Shown: positions 9,396-20,061, numbered from the stretch's first letter. The stretch: DNA of 64,000 nucleotides from an uncultured delta proteobacterium (GCA_963745025.1 CAVUWD010000014.1:128001-192000); one strand, 5' to 3'. The notes: a model not told the origin generated them from the letters alone. Program-made: numbers and translations.

Positions 9396-10070
9396 GCCAC
9401 CGTAGTCGCGGCTGACGATCTTCCCCGGCTCTTTGGCGTCGCGCACCAGCGCCAACGCGTCACCGAGGATCCGCTTCTGGAGGGCCGGGTCGTTCGGCCT
9501 CCCCAGCGAGTGACCGGGAACGAACGGCCGCGGGTGGAGCGCGCGCGGCGGATTGGCCTGCGCGCTCTGCTCGGGATCGACGGTGATCAGTACCGTCGCG
9601 ATTCCTCGAAGCTCGATCAGCCGCTGCACCGTCACGACCGTGCGGTGGCAGAGGCCTCAACCGCCGGTCAGGACGACGATGTCGGGTCGAGCCGCCTCGA
9701 TCTCTTTCAAGAGCTTCGGAAACGTGTCGTCACGAAGCTCGCGAAGCTTCATCGAGAAGCCGTAGGAGAAGTGCTTCGCGGTCGGCCCCTTGATCGTGCC
9801 GTCGGCCTTCATCTCGGCGAGCCGATCGATCGGGAAGATGCAGTTGATGTCCCGATCGGCGCAGGCATGATCGTAGTGACTGTCATCGTAGGCGAGGTCG
9901 GAGCCCGCGCCCTCGATCACACGGAACGTGCTGTCGCCATCGGTATTGAACGGCGGATCCGTCTTCTTGCGAACGCCCGCCGAGGAGACGATGCACACGG
10001 TCGAGTCGCCAAGGCTCCCCTTGAAGGGCGTCCAGGGAATGCAGTGTCGCGAGAGCTCGGGCTGATCCAT
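9393..10070 (-). CDS. PrdB/GrdB-like reductase selenoprotein (Sec at TGA 9657-9659)
   Basis: ORFs 9657-10070 and 9393-9635 are in frame; read-through gives VLTGG-U-GLCHRTV, matching the PrdB-type GUxxCHR motif; also SSAGV, HYDH, DINCIFP. Confidence 0.9.
9627..9647 (-). promoter_or_regulatory. Putative bacterial SECIS hairpin
   Basis: CACCGCAC-GGTC-GTG(A)CGGTG; G-starting loop 17 nt after UGA. Confidence 0.7.
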
Positions 10071-10073
10071 CGG

Positions 10074-10105
10074 GAAAAGGGGACGACCCGCCGCGGGTCG
10101 CCCCC
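10074..10105 (-). terminator. Intrinsic terminator-like hairpin after the peroxiredoxin gene
   Basis: GGGGGCGACCCG-CGG-CGGGTCGTCCCC followed by TTTT on the minus strand. Confidence 0.6.
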
Positions 10106-10114
10106 ATCAATCGA

Positions 10115-10612
10115 TTATTTCAACTTCTTCAACGCCTCGAAGATCTTGTCAGTCGGCGGCTGCTTGGTGATGTCGTGAATGTTGATGTAGGCGATCTTCC
10201 CCTGCTTATCGACGACGAAGATCGCTCGCTCGGAGATTCCCGCGTCGCGCAGCGAGTTGTACTTGAGCGAGACCATGCCGTGCGGGAAGAAGTCCGAGAG
10301 CAGTGGGTACGAAAGGCCGCCCATACTCTTCGCCCACGCCTCGTTGCAGGGAACGTTGTCCACGGAAATGCCCAGGACCTGGGCATCGAGCCGCTCGAAC
10401 TCGGAGAGATCCTCCTCGTACGAGGGCATCTGGACCGTTCAGACCGGTGTCCAGGCAGCGGGGAAGAATGCGAGCACCACGTTCTTCTTGCCGCGATAGC
10501 TCGAGAGCGTGATCGCCGTCCCCTTTTGCCCTTTGCCGGCAGTCTGCCCGGTTGCCGGCAGAGTGAAGTCGGGAGCTTCGTCGCCGACTTCGAGTCGATA
10601 GACCGCTTTCAA
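10115..10612 (-). CDS. Selenocysteine peroxiredoxin (AhpC/TSA, AhpE-like; Sec at TGA 10439-10441)
   Basis: ORFs 10439-10663 and 10115-10429 are in frame; [14 protein letters not shown] places TGA at the peroxidatic Cys of PxxxTxxC; GGAGGT RBS before TTG 10612. Confidence 0.92.
10414..10425 (-). promoter_or_regulatory. Putative bacterial SECIS upper stem-loop
   Basis: CCTC-GTAC-GAGG; G-starting loop 17 nt after UGA. Confidence 0.6.
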
Positions 10613-10673
10613 TGTCCACCTCCTCTGTTCGTGTCGTTCCCGGCTCCATGCCGGTGAACGCAATTCGAATTTT

Positions 10674-10701
10674 AGGATAGCACCTCATTCGAAAGCGGCA
10701 A
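10674..10701 (-). promoter_or_regulatory. Sigma70-like promoter for the peroxiredoxin gene
   Basis: TTGCCG-16 nt-TATCCT with extended -10 TG. Confidence 0.5.
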
Positions 10702-10729
10702 CCCGGCCGTTCGGGAGCGCTGCGCCGAC

Positions 10730-12605
10730 CTAGGCCGTCGAGGACGCCATGCGCGCGTGAGACTCGATCGTCTCGAGGAGCCGCGGTCCGATCTCCGCGA
10801 GCTTCTTCTCGCCGAGGCCGCGGATCCGCCGCAGATCCTCGAACGAGGTCGGCCTGAGGCGTGCCAGCTCGCGCAGCGTGGAATCGTGCAAGACCACGAA
10901 CGCCGGCACGCCGCGCGCGGCAGCGATCTCCCGCCGCAGCCCCCGTAGGCTCTCGAAGAGACCCGGATCGACGTCCCGCCACGACGCCTCCTCGAGACGC
11001 GTCTTCTCGGCCTTCCGCCGGCGTGGCTCGACGAGCTCGACCGTGCGACGCCCGCGCATCACCTCCCACGACGCCGCGTTCAGCCCGAGCACCGGCCGGT
11101 CGCCCGAGGTGCGCTCGAGGAAGCCGGCGTCGATGAGCTGGTAGATGACGTTCACCACGCTCCTCCGCGGCATGTCCCGAAGCAGACCGAACGTCGATAG
11201 GCGGTCGTGCCCCCACCGCCGGACTCGCTCGCTCGTCCCGCCCATCAGCACCTCGGCGACGTGCTCGATGCCGAAGCGCTCCTCGGTGCGCGCGACGCAG
11301 GAGAGGATCTTCTGCGCGAGCACGGTGGCGTCGGCCAGGCCCTCCACTTCCCCCAGGCAGACGTCGCAGGCGCCACACGACGCCTCCTCGTAAGGCTGGC
11401 CGAAGTACGCCGTGAGCGCGGCGTGGCGGCAGCGGAGCGCGTTCGCGAAGCGGCGCATGTCGTCGAGCAGGCGCTTGGCCGTCTCGATCACGGCGCCGCC
11501 GCCGTCGTCGGTCGTTCGCTCGAGCAGCGCTTGCCAGCGCAGCACGTCCGCCGCCGAGTAGAAGAGCACGCACTCGGCGGGCAGGCCGTCGCGGCCGGCG
11601 CGGCCCGTCTCCTGCTGGTAGTGCTCGATCGACTTCGGCATCGTGGCGTGGATGACGCAGCGGACGTCGCTGCGGTCGATGCCCATGCCGAAGGCGACGG
11701 TCGCCACGACGACGTCGATCTCTTCGGCGGCGAAGCGATCCTGCGTGCGCCGGCGCTCTGCGGCCTCCATGCCGGCGTGATAGTGCGCAGCGCGAACGCC
11801 ACTCCCCGCGAGATGCTCGGCCATGTCCTCGGCGTCGCGGCGGGAGAGGCAGTAGACGATCGCCGCTTCCCCCTCGTGGCGGCGCAGAACGTCACGCACC
11901 TGGCCACGGACGTCGACGCGCGGCACGACGCGATAGACGAGGTTCGGACGATCGAACCGACCGACGAGCATCCGCGGCTCGACGAGCCGCAGCTGCTCGA
12001 CGATGTCCTTGCGCACGCGCTCGCGTGGCCGTCGCGGTGTAGGCATGGAGGCTGGCGGCCGGGAAGAGCTCGCGAACCCCCGCGAGCTGACGGTACTCCG
12101 GCCGGAAGTCGTGCCCCCATTGGCTGATGCAGTGCGCCTCGTCGATCGCGAAGCTCGCGACGCCGAGTCGGGCGGCGAGCTCGAGGAATCGCGGCGTCAG
12201 CAGCCGCTCGGGGGCGACGAAGACGAGATGGTGGCGCCCGCCGGCGATCTCGCGCTCGGCGGCGCGGATCTCGCCGGCGTTCATGCCGCTGTGGATGGCC
12301 ACGGCCGGGAAGCCGCACGCCCGTAGCCCATCGACCTGGTCCTTCATCAGCGCGATCAGCGGCGAGACGACGACGTCGGTCCGGCGGGCGACCGCTGGGG
12401 GCACCTGGTAGCAGAGCGACTTGCCGCCGCCCGTCGGCATCACGACCAGCGAGTCGCGCCGCTCGAGGCCGGCGTAGATGGCCTCTTCCTGAAGCGGGCG
12501 AAGAGCCTCGAAGCCCCAATAGTGCTTCACGACGGCGAGCACGGCGTCGCGCGACCGCTGCGCAACGTCCCGGGCCACGCTCGCCGACGGCTCGCCGCTC
12601 TCCAC
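10730..12605 (-). CDS. recQ: ATP-dependent DNA helicase RecQ (frameshift near 12030, probably sequencing error)
   Basis: MPTGGGKSLCYQ, DEAHCISQWGHDFRP, ATVAFGMGID, QETGRAGRDG, Zn/RQC and HRDC domains. Confidence 0.93.
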
Positions 12606-12886
12606 GCCCGCATCATGACGGGACCGAAGCGGCGGCGCCAGCACGACCAGCTCCAGGTCGAGCCGAAGCCGACGCTTCTCGGCCCACATCACGATCTTCC
12701 GACTCCAATCCTAACGATCCACTCCCCCAGTGACCATGATCGTGACCACTCGGCCGGTCCCGAGAACGCGACAAGCCCATCGACGAGCAGCCGGTCGTTT
12801 GGCCGATCAACGCCGCAGATCAACGCCACGACCATCGAGCCGTCTTCCCGGCCATGCTAGTCTGCGCGGATCACGGAGGCTCGCCC

Positions 12887-14053
12887 ATGCCGTATGCCGA
12901 AGGCCGCATCATCCACGACGCCGACTCGCACGTGATGGAGACGCCGGACTGGCTGGTGCCGTATGCGGATCCAAGCATTCGCGACCGTCTCGAGCCGCTT
13001 CGGCTGACCGGTTGCAAGCCGGGAGAGGAGACGTTCATCGAAGAGCTCCAGCGACGCCATCGCGACCCGGCGGAGCGCCCCGAGGCCGAGCAGAAGATCA
13101 TGATCCGAAAGAATTGGAGCGCGATGGGCGCATTCATTCGCGAGGATCGGCCACGGGCGCTCGATTGTCTCGGCTTCGCGAGCCAGCTCGTCTTCAACAC
13201 GTTCCTGTCCGATCACTTCGTCCGTTACGAGCATCGAGGAGACCCAGACTTCACCTACGGCGCCGCGCGTGCGCACAACCGCGCCATCGTCGACTTCTGT
13301 TCGGTCGATCGCCGTCTGCTGCCGGTTGGCTTCGTGCCGCTCGTCGATTTCGAGCGCGCGCGAGCGATGGCTTTCGAGGCGGTCCACATGGGCTGCAAGG
13401 CGCTGCTCGTCTCCTCTGCGTGCCCGCCAGGGCACTCGCCGAGCCACGTCGGCCTCTTTCCCGTTTGGGAGGTCTCGCAGGAAGCCGGCCTGCCGATCGT
13501 CTTTCACGTCGGCGGCGGCGGACGGCTACTCGATCCGAATTATTTCGAGAACGGCCTTCCCCCCGTGCCGGACTTCCACGGCGGCGCCGAGAACTTCCGC
13601 TCGATCGACTTCATGGCGATCCCCTACCCGCCCATGCAGACACTTGCGACGATGATCTTCGACGGCGTGCTCGACCGCTTCCCGCGCCTGATGTTCGGCG
13701 TCGTCGAACAGGGCGCGGTGTGGCTGCCCTCGTGGATGCGCCAGCTCGACACGGCGCTCCACGCCTTCGCCAAGAACGAGGAGCGACTGCGCAAGCTGCG
13801 GCTGCGGCCGAGCGAGTACGTGCGGCGCCAGATCCGTGCGACCCCCTACCCAGCCGAGCCGGTCGGCTGGATCATCGAGCAGGCGGGTGAGGAGGTTTGC
13901 CTCTTCTCGACGGACTACCCGCACGTCGAGGGCGGGCGGAATCCGCTCAAGCGGTTCGAGGATTCGATGGCGGGCCTCTCCGAGCGCGCCAAGCAGAGGT
14001 TCTATTGCGACAACTTCGTCGATCTGATGGGTAGCGGCATGCCGGGTGAATAG
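12887..14053 (+). CDS. Amidohydrolase family protein (Amidohydro_2)
   Basis: HDADSH at the N-terminus, VFH, FSTDYPHVEG. Confidence 0.9.
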   Translation: MPYAEGRIIHDADSHVMETPDWLVPYADPSIRDRLEPLRLTGCKPGEETFIEELQRRHRDPAERPEAEQKIMIRKNWSAMGAFIREDRPRALDCLGFASQLVFNTFLSDHFVRYEHRGDPDFTYGAARAHNRAIVDFCSVDRRLLPVGFVPLVDFERARAMAFEAVHMGCKALLVSSACPPGHSPSHVGLFPVWEVSQEAGLPIVFHVGGGGRLLDPNYFENGLPPVPDFHGGAENFRSIDFMAIPYPPMQTLATMIFDGVLDRFPRLMFGVVEQGAVWLPSWMRQLDTALHAFAKNEERLRKLRLRPSEYVRRQIRATPYPAEPVGWIIEQAGEEVCLFSTDYPHVEGGRNPLKRFEDSMAGLSERAKQRFYCDNFVDLMGSGMPGE

Positions 14054-14119
14054 TCTCTCTCTTCGGGAAGAGGCCGCCGGCGAAGCAGGCGGAGAGGGAG
14101 AGCCGTTCGCGGAGAGACC

Positions 14120-15298
14120 ATGATCGATTTGTTGAATCCGACCGAAGAGCATGCGGCGCTGCGCCGCACGCTGCGAGAGTTCGTGGAGCGCGAGGTCGAC
14201 CCGCAGGCAGCCGCCCACGATCGCAGCGAGTCGTTCAATCTCGAGCTGTTCCGCAAGCTCGGCGATCTCGGCGTTCTCGGCATCACGGTGGCCGAAGCGT
14301 TCGGCGGCGCCGGCATGGACGCCGTTGCCGCCGTGCTCGTTCACGAAGAGCTCGCGGCCGCCGATCCCGGCTTCGCGCTCGCTTACCTCGCCCATTCGAT
14401 GCTCTTCGTGAACAACTTCTACCAGAACGCGAGCGACGCACAGCGCGCCCGCTACCTTCCCGACGTCTGCTCCGGAAAGAAGATCGGCGGCATGTGCATG
14501 AGCGAGCCGTCGGTCGGCACCGACGTGCTCGGCATGAAGACGACGGCAACCCGCAAGGGCGACGTCTACGTGCTCTCCGGCGCCAAGATGTGGATCACCA
14601 ACGGCGCGGTGAGCGATACCGAGCTCGGCGACGTCTTTCTCGTCTATGCGCGGACCGGCGACAAGGGCACCCGCGCGCTCTCGCTCTTCCTCGTCGAGAA
14701 AGGCCTCCCCGGATTCAAGCTCGGCCAGAAGCTCAAGGACAAGCTCGGCATGCGCGCCTCGACGACGGCGGAGCTCGTCTTCGATGAGTGCGAGGTGCCG
14801 GTCGCGAATCGCATCGGCGAGGAAGGCGATGCCGTACTGCACATGATGCGCAACCTCGAGATCGAACGCCTGACGCTCGCCGCCATGAGCCTCGGCATCG
14901 CCCGGCGCTCGATCGAGGTGATGAACCGCTACGCGAGCGAGCGGCACGCCTTCGGCCAACCGATTCGCGAGTTCGGGCAGATCCAGAGCCACATCGCGAC
15001 CTCGTACGCCGCGTGGATGGCGGGACGCTGCTACGTCTACGACACCGCCGCCCGTCTCAGCCTCGAGCGCGGCGGAAACCGAATCGACTCCGACGGCGTG
15101 AAGCTCTTCTGCTCGACGATGGCCAAAGAGGTCGCCGATCGAGCGATCCAGGTGCTCGGCGGCTACGGCTACGTCGGCGAGTACCAGGTCGAGCGCCTGT
15201 GGCGCGACGCCAAGCTCCTCGAGATCGGCGGCGGCACGGTGGAAGCCCACCAGAAGAACATCGCGCGGGACCTCGCGCGGCTGACTACGCTGCGGTAG
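14120..15298 (+). CDS. Acyl-CoA dehydrogenase (isovaleryl-CoA dehydrogenase-like)
   Basis: MSEPSVGTDV, GAKMWITNG, KLGMRAS, LGGYGY, RDAKLLEIGGGT. Confidence 0.92.
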   Translation: MIDLLNPTEEHAALRRTLREFVEREVDPQAAAHDRSESFNLELFRKLGDLGVLGITVAEAFGGAGMDAVAAVLVHEELAAADPGFALAYLAHSMLFVNNFYQNASDAQRARYLPDVCSGKKIGGMCMSEPSVGTDVLGMKTTATRKGDVYVLSGAKMWITNGAVSDTELGDVFLVYARTGDKGTRALSLFLVEKGLPGFKLGQKLKDKLGMRASTTAELVFDECEVPVANRIGEEGDAVLHMMRNLEIERLTLAAMSLGIARRSIEVMNRYASERHAFGQPIREFGQIQSHIATSYAAWMAGRCYVYDTAARLSLERGGNRIDSDGVKLFCSTMAKEVADRAIQVLGGYGYVGEYQVERLWRDAKLLEIGGGTVEAHQKNIARDLARLTTLR

Positions 15299-15365
15299 CG
15301 GCCTACGAAGAGCACGACGCGAAGCGGGAGGAAGAAATGAGAATCTTCGTTTTGCCGAGGCCCCA

Positions 15366-16283
15366 ATGAGCTTGGAACCTGCCGAGGAGCTGGAGCACCT
15401 GAAGCTCGCGACCGACCTCTCGGGCGTCGCCGTGTCCCAGATCGTGCGTCCCGAGAGCTGCCACGTCGTGGTCGGCGGCATGCGGCTCCACTATCTGGAC
15501 TGGGGAACGATCGGGCAGCCGTTGATCCTCTTTCTCCACGGCGGCGCTCTCAACGCCCACACCTGGGACGTCGTCTGCCTCGTCCTCCGCACCGAGTACC
15601 ACTGCGTCGCCCTCGACCAACGGGGACATGGCGACAGTGAGTGGTCGCCGGGGATGGACTACGCACCGGAAGCCCACCTGCGCGACATCGAGGGCCTCGT
15701 CGAGCATCTCGGCCGCGACCGCTTCTTGCTCGTCGGCCAGTCGATGGGTGCGCTCAACGCCTTCGTCTACGCCACCCACCACGCCGATCGGCTGGCGGGG
15801 CTCGTGCTGATCGACGCCGGTCCCAACGTTCGCGCCGCTGGCGCGCAGCGAATCGGCGCGTTCGTCTCCGAAACGGCGGAGATCGATTCGATCGACGCCG
15901 CGATCGGCAAAGCGCTGGCGTTCAACCCGCTGCGCGATCCACGATTGCTCCGCCGGAGCCTGCTCTACGCGTATCGCGAGCTACCGAACGGACGCTGGGC
16001 GCGGAAGATCGACATGAGGCATTGGGGCCGCGAGGACTTTCGGAGCCGCGCCGCGCAAGCCGCCGCGCGCTGGCAGCACACCGCGCGAGTGGCCTGCCCG
16101 ACGCTCGTCGTCCGCGGCGCCGAGAGCGACGTATTTCTCGACGAAGACGCGGAGAGCTTCGCGCGAGCGCTGCCCGATGCGCGCTGGGTGAAAATCGCCG
16201 GCGCGGGGCACACGGTACAGGGAGACAACCCGCGCGGTCTCTGCGAGGCACTGCGGCCGTTCTTCGCCGCGCGTTCAAGGTAG
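15366..16283 (+). CDS. Alpha/beta hydrolase
   Basis: FLHGG, DQRGHGDS, GQSMG nucleophile elbow, AGHTV. Confidence 0.92.
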   Translation: MSLEPAEELEHLKLATDLSGVAVSQIVRPESCHVVVGGMRLHYLDWGTIGQPLILFLHGGALNAHTWDVVCLVLRTEYHCVALDQRGHGDSEWSPGMDYAPEAHLRDIEGLVEHLGRDRFLLVGQSMGALNAFVYATHHADRLAGLVLIDAGPNVRAAGAQRIGAFVSETAEIDSIDAAIGKALAFNPLRDPRLLRRSLLYAYRELPNGRWARKIDMRHWGREDFRSRAAQAAARWQHTARVACPTLVVRGAESDVFLDEDAESFARALPDARWVKIAGAGHTVQGDNPRGLCEALRPFFAARSR

Positions 16284-16303
16284 ACCCACGGGAGACAGAC
16301 GCC

Positions 16304-17459
16304 ATGTCCGAAGATCTCTATTCCACCCCCGAGCACGAGCGCTTCCGCCGGACGGTGCGCCAGTTCGTCGAGCAGGAGCTCGCGCCCGCGCGCCCGCGAG
16401 TTCGATCAGATGGGCCGCTTCGACAAGCAGCTCTATCCGCAAGATGGGCGACCTCGGCATGCTCGGCCTCAGCTACGATCCGAAGTGGGGCGGCGCCGGC
16501 CTCGACTGGTCGTACACGGCGGTCATGTTCGAGGAGCTCGTGCGCTGCGACAACGCCGGGCGTCGTCATGGGCATCAGCGTGCAGACCGACATGGCCACG
16601 CCGTCGCTGCACCAGTTCGGGAGCGGACGAGCTCCGTCGGCGCTACCTGGTGCCGGCGATCCAGGGCGAGATGGTGGCGGCGATCGCGGTGACCGAGCCC
16701 GACGCCGGCTCCGACGTCGCCGTCGATCAAGACGCGCGCGGTGCGCGACGGCGACGACTGGGTGATCAACGGCCGCAAGATCTACATCACGAACGCGGCC
16801 ACCGCCGACTGGCTCTGCCTGCTCGCCGTCACCGATCCGGAGGCCGGCTACGGCGGCTTCTCGCAGATCGTCGTGCCCACCGACTCGCCGGGCTTCAGCT
16901 ACGAGCTGCTCGACAAGATCGGCAACTGGGGCTCCGACACCGGCCTCATCTTCTTCGAGAACGTGCGCGTGCCGGTCGCCAACACGATCGGCGAGATCGG
17001 CCGCGGCTTCCAGCAGCAGATGATGCAGTTCCAGGACGAGCGGCTGGTCGGCGTGCGTCAGCTCGATACGCGGGCGCGCAGGAGCTCTGGGAGAAGACGC
17101 GCAAGTACTGCGAGGAGCGCGACGCTCTTCGGCGAAGCCGCTGATCGAAGATGCAGGTGACGCAGTTCAAGTTCGTCGAGATGCTCACGCAGATCATCGC
17201 GGCACGTGAGCTCACCCACGCCTGCATTCGCAAGCGTCTGCGGGCGAGGACGCCACGCTCGAGATCTCGATGGCGCAAGCTCTTCTGCGGCCGCATGAGC
17301 CGCTACGTGGCCGACGACTGCATCCAGCTCCACGGCGGCTTCGGCTACATGAAGGAGAGCGCCGCCGGGCGCGCCTTCGTCGACACGCGGCTGATCTCGA
17401 TCGGCGGCGGCGCGGACGAGACGATGATTCACTACATGGCGAAGATGCTCCGCATGTAG
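16304..17459 (+). CDS. Acyl-CoA dehydrogenase (several frameshifts; error or pseudogene)
   Basis: Segments AVTEPDAGSDV, INGRKIYITN, QLHGGFGY, SIGGGADE spread over all three frames. Confidence 0.8.
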
Positions 17460-17558
17460 TCCCGTCCTCGTGGCGCCCGCACGGATCCGCCACACCATCC
17501 GGCGTGGAGGTTCACGGTCGGCGCGCTTCGAAGAAGCCTCGTCGACGAGACTTCCGGC

Positions 17559-17587
17559 TTGACGACCCGTAAATATGGGTTTACGGT
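17559..17587 (+). promoter_or_regulatory. vapBC promoter with overlapping operator palindrome
   Basis: TTGACG-17 nt-TACGGT; inverted repeat CCGTAAA-TATGGG-TTTACGG between the boxes. Confidence 0.65.
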
Positions 17588-17594
17588 ACGCGGT

Positions 17595-17840
17595 GTGAAG
17601 ACGACGATCGAGTTGCCCGACGCGCTGCTGATCCGCGCCAAGCAGCGCGCGGCCGAGCTCCGGCGGCCGCTGCGGGCGCTCGTCGAAGCGGGGCTGCGGC
17701 GCGAGCTCGAACAGGGCCGAGCAAAGAAGCGCGAGCAACGCGCCAGGATTCGCTGGGTGACCGCCCCTGGCGGGCTGCCGGACGACCTCGACGTCGCCGA
17801 TCGCGAGCGCATGCACGAGTGGCTGCGAAGGCACCCGTGA
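17595..17840 (+). CDS. vapB: VapB-type ribbon-helix-helix antitoxin
   Basis: MKTTIELPDALL..AK..A RHH signature; stop overlaps the toxin start (GTGA). Confidence 0.85.
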   Translation: MKTTIELPDALLIRAKQRAAELRRPLRALVEAGLRRELEQGRAKKREQRARIRWVTAPGGLPDDLDVADRERMHEWLRRHP

Positions 17841-18265
17841 TCGCAATCGATACCAACCTCCTCGTCTATGCGCACCGATCCGGCGTTCCCGAGCACCGCC
17901 GCTCGCGTCGCGCGATCGAGTCCGCAGCGCGCTCCGAGCGGGGCTGGGGGATCGCGTTGGCCAGCGTCGGCGAGTTCTGGAGCATCGTCACCCATCCGCT
18001 CGTCGGTCGAGCAGCGGCAACGGAACGCGCTTCGGCGTTCCTGCGGACGCTCGCCGCCCAGGCTGACATGCTCGTCTGGATTCCGGGGCCGGGCTTCGAG
18101 GCGCGACTCATGGAACGCGCCTGCGAGCTCGACGTCCGCGGGACACGGGTGTTCGACCTGCAAATCGCGCTCACCGCTCTCGATCACGGGGTCACAGAGA
18201 TCTGGACGCACGATGCCGGCTTCGTGAGGGTTCCGGGGATCATCGTGCGCGACCCGCTCACGTGA
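17837..18265 (+). CDS. vapC: VapC PIN-domain toxin
   Basis: IAIDTNLLVYA, EF, VFDLQIA, IWTHD..F. Confidence 0.9.
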   Translation: MIAIDTNLLVYAHRSGVPEHRRSRRAIESAARSERGWGIALASVGEFWSIVTHPLVGRAAATERASAFLRTLAAQADMLVWIPGPGFEARLMERACELDVRGTRVFDLQIALTALDHGVTEIWTHDAGFVRVPGIIVRDPLT

Positions 18266-18313
18266 ATCCTGCGCCACGCCTCGGTGTCCTCCGCCCACGA
18301 TTTTCGCTCGCCG

Positions 18314-18395
18314 GAGAAGGGGACGTTGTAACCGCTGGTAACCGATCAGGCGGAATCACAGAGGCGGTTACCAGCGGTTACAACGTTCCCTTCTC
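18314..18395. repeat. Long inverted repeat (31-bp arms), REP/MITE-like
   Basis: GAGAAGGGGACGTTGTAACCGCTGGTAACCG and its reverse complement, 1 mismatch. Confidence 0.85.
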
Positions 18396-18443
18396 TTGTC
18401 CCCGCATTCGTGTCAGCTTCTTCGAATCTGAGGAGCCTCGACG

Positions 18444-20061
18444 ATGACCGCTAGCGAAAGTGGCAGTCGGCTCACCGCTTCCGTCTCCCCCGCTCACCGC
18501 GAAGGCCCGACCGAGGTGGGATCCGAGCTCATTCGCGCCGGGGATCCGGTCACGGTCGTGATCTTCGGCGCCTCCGGAGATCTCGCCAAACGCAAGCTCA
18601 TCCCCGCGCTCTACCGCCTCCAGGAGTCCGGTTACCTGACCGATCGCTATGCGGTGATCGGCTTCTCGCGCACGCCGATGAGCGACGAGGCCTACCGGGA
18701 GGGGATGCGCAAGGTGCTGTCCGAGACGGTGAACGACGGCGGCGAGGAGGTCTCGGCCGAGAACCCGCTCGTCGGCGCGCTCTACTACCACGCCGGCGAC
18801 GCGGACAAGCTCGAGTCGTTCCAATCGCTCAAGGCGAAGATCGAGCAAGTGGAGCGCGAGCGGAACCTGCCGGGGAATCGTCTCTTCTACCTCTCGGTGG
18901 CGCCGGAGTTCTTCGCGGTCATCGTCGGGCATCTCGCCGCGGCCGGCCTCATCCACGACAAGAACGAAACGGTCTGGTCTCGGGTGATCATCGAAAAGCC
19001 CTTCGGCCACGATCTCGAGAGCGCCCGCACGCTCAACACGGCGGTCACCAAGGTTCTCGACGAGAGCCAGATCTACCGCATCGATCACTACCTCGGGAAG
19101 GAAACGGTCCAGAACATTCTGTCGTTCCGCTTCGGCAACTCGATCTTCGAGCCGCTCTTCAACCAGAAGTACGTCGACAACGTGCAGATCACCGTCGCCG
19201 AGACGCTCGGCATGGAGGGCCGGCGCGGCGCTTACTACGACACGCGCCGGCGCGCTGCGCGACATGGTGCAGAACCACATGCTGCAGCTTCTCTGCCTGA
19301 TCGCCATGGAGCCCCCGTCGGCGCTCGAAGCGCAGTCGATCCGCGACGAGAAGGTCAAGGTGCTGCGCGCCCTCGACCCGCTGACGCGCAAGGAGGTCGC
19401 CGACTCGACGGTGCGCGGGCAGTACGGGGTCGGAGAGCAGGACGGCAAGGTCGTCAAGGGGTACCGTCAGGAAGAAGGCGTCAACCCGAAGTCCGTGACC
19501 GAGACCTACGTGGCGCTGCGCATCCGCATCGACAACTGGCGGTGGGCCGGCGTGCCGTTTCTGCTGCGCTCCGGAAAGCGTCTCGGCAAGCACGTCTCCG
19601 AGATCGCCGTGGCCTTCAAGCAGCCGCCGATGCACCTTTTCCGGCAATACGACGACGCCAGCGACGAGGTCGTCGTCGCGCGGCCGAAATCGAATCTCCT
19701 CGTGCTGCGCATTCAGCCCGACGAGGGCATCAGCCTCTCGTTCGCGTGCAAGCGGCCCGGAATCAAGATCCAGCTCGACGAAGTGCACATGGATTTCTTC
19801 TACGGGCGCGCCTTCCAGCAGCGCTCGCCGGAGGCCTACGAGCGATTGCTGCTCGACGCGCTCCGCGGCGATCCTTCGCTGTTCACGCGCTCCGACGAGG
19901 TCGACTACGCCTGGCGGTTCATCAGCTCCATCCATGAGGGTTGGGTGAGCCTGCCCCCGCCCGCGTTCCCGAACTATTATCCCTTCACCGACGGGCCCGA
20001 CGAAGCGAATCGGCTACTCGAGGGCACGCAGGCCCGCTGGCGTTCACTGGCCGAGATGTGA
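18444..20061 (+). CDS. zwf: Glucose-6-phosphate 1-dehydrogenase (frameshift near 19245)
   Basis: IFGASGDLAKRKL, EKPFG, RIDHYLGKE, DMVQNH, RWAGVPF, YERLLLD. Confidence 0.95.

Noticed and set aside
7538-9463. 641-aa hybrid receiver-kinase ORF
   Set aside because: Artefactual fusion of the frameshifted regulator remnant with the kinase, which has its own GTG at 8860.
12610-12880. Small ORF or ncRNA between recQ and the amidohydrolase
   Set aside because: No RBS, motif or stable structure that I can support.
19230-19265. Programmed ribosomal frameshifting in zwf, recQ, actB or dapF
   Set aside because: No slippery heptamers at the breaks, and the breaks are too widespread; sequencing error is simpler.
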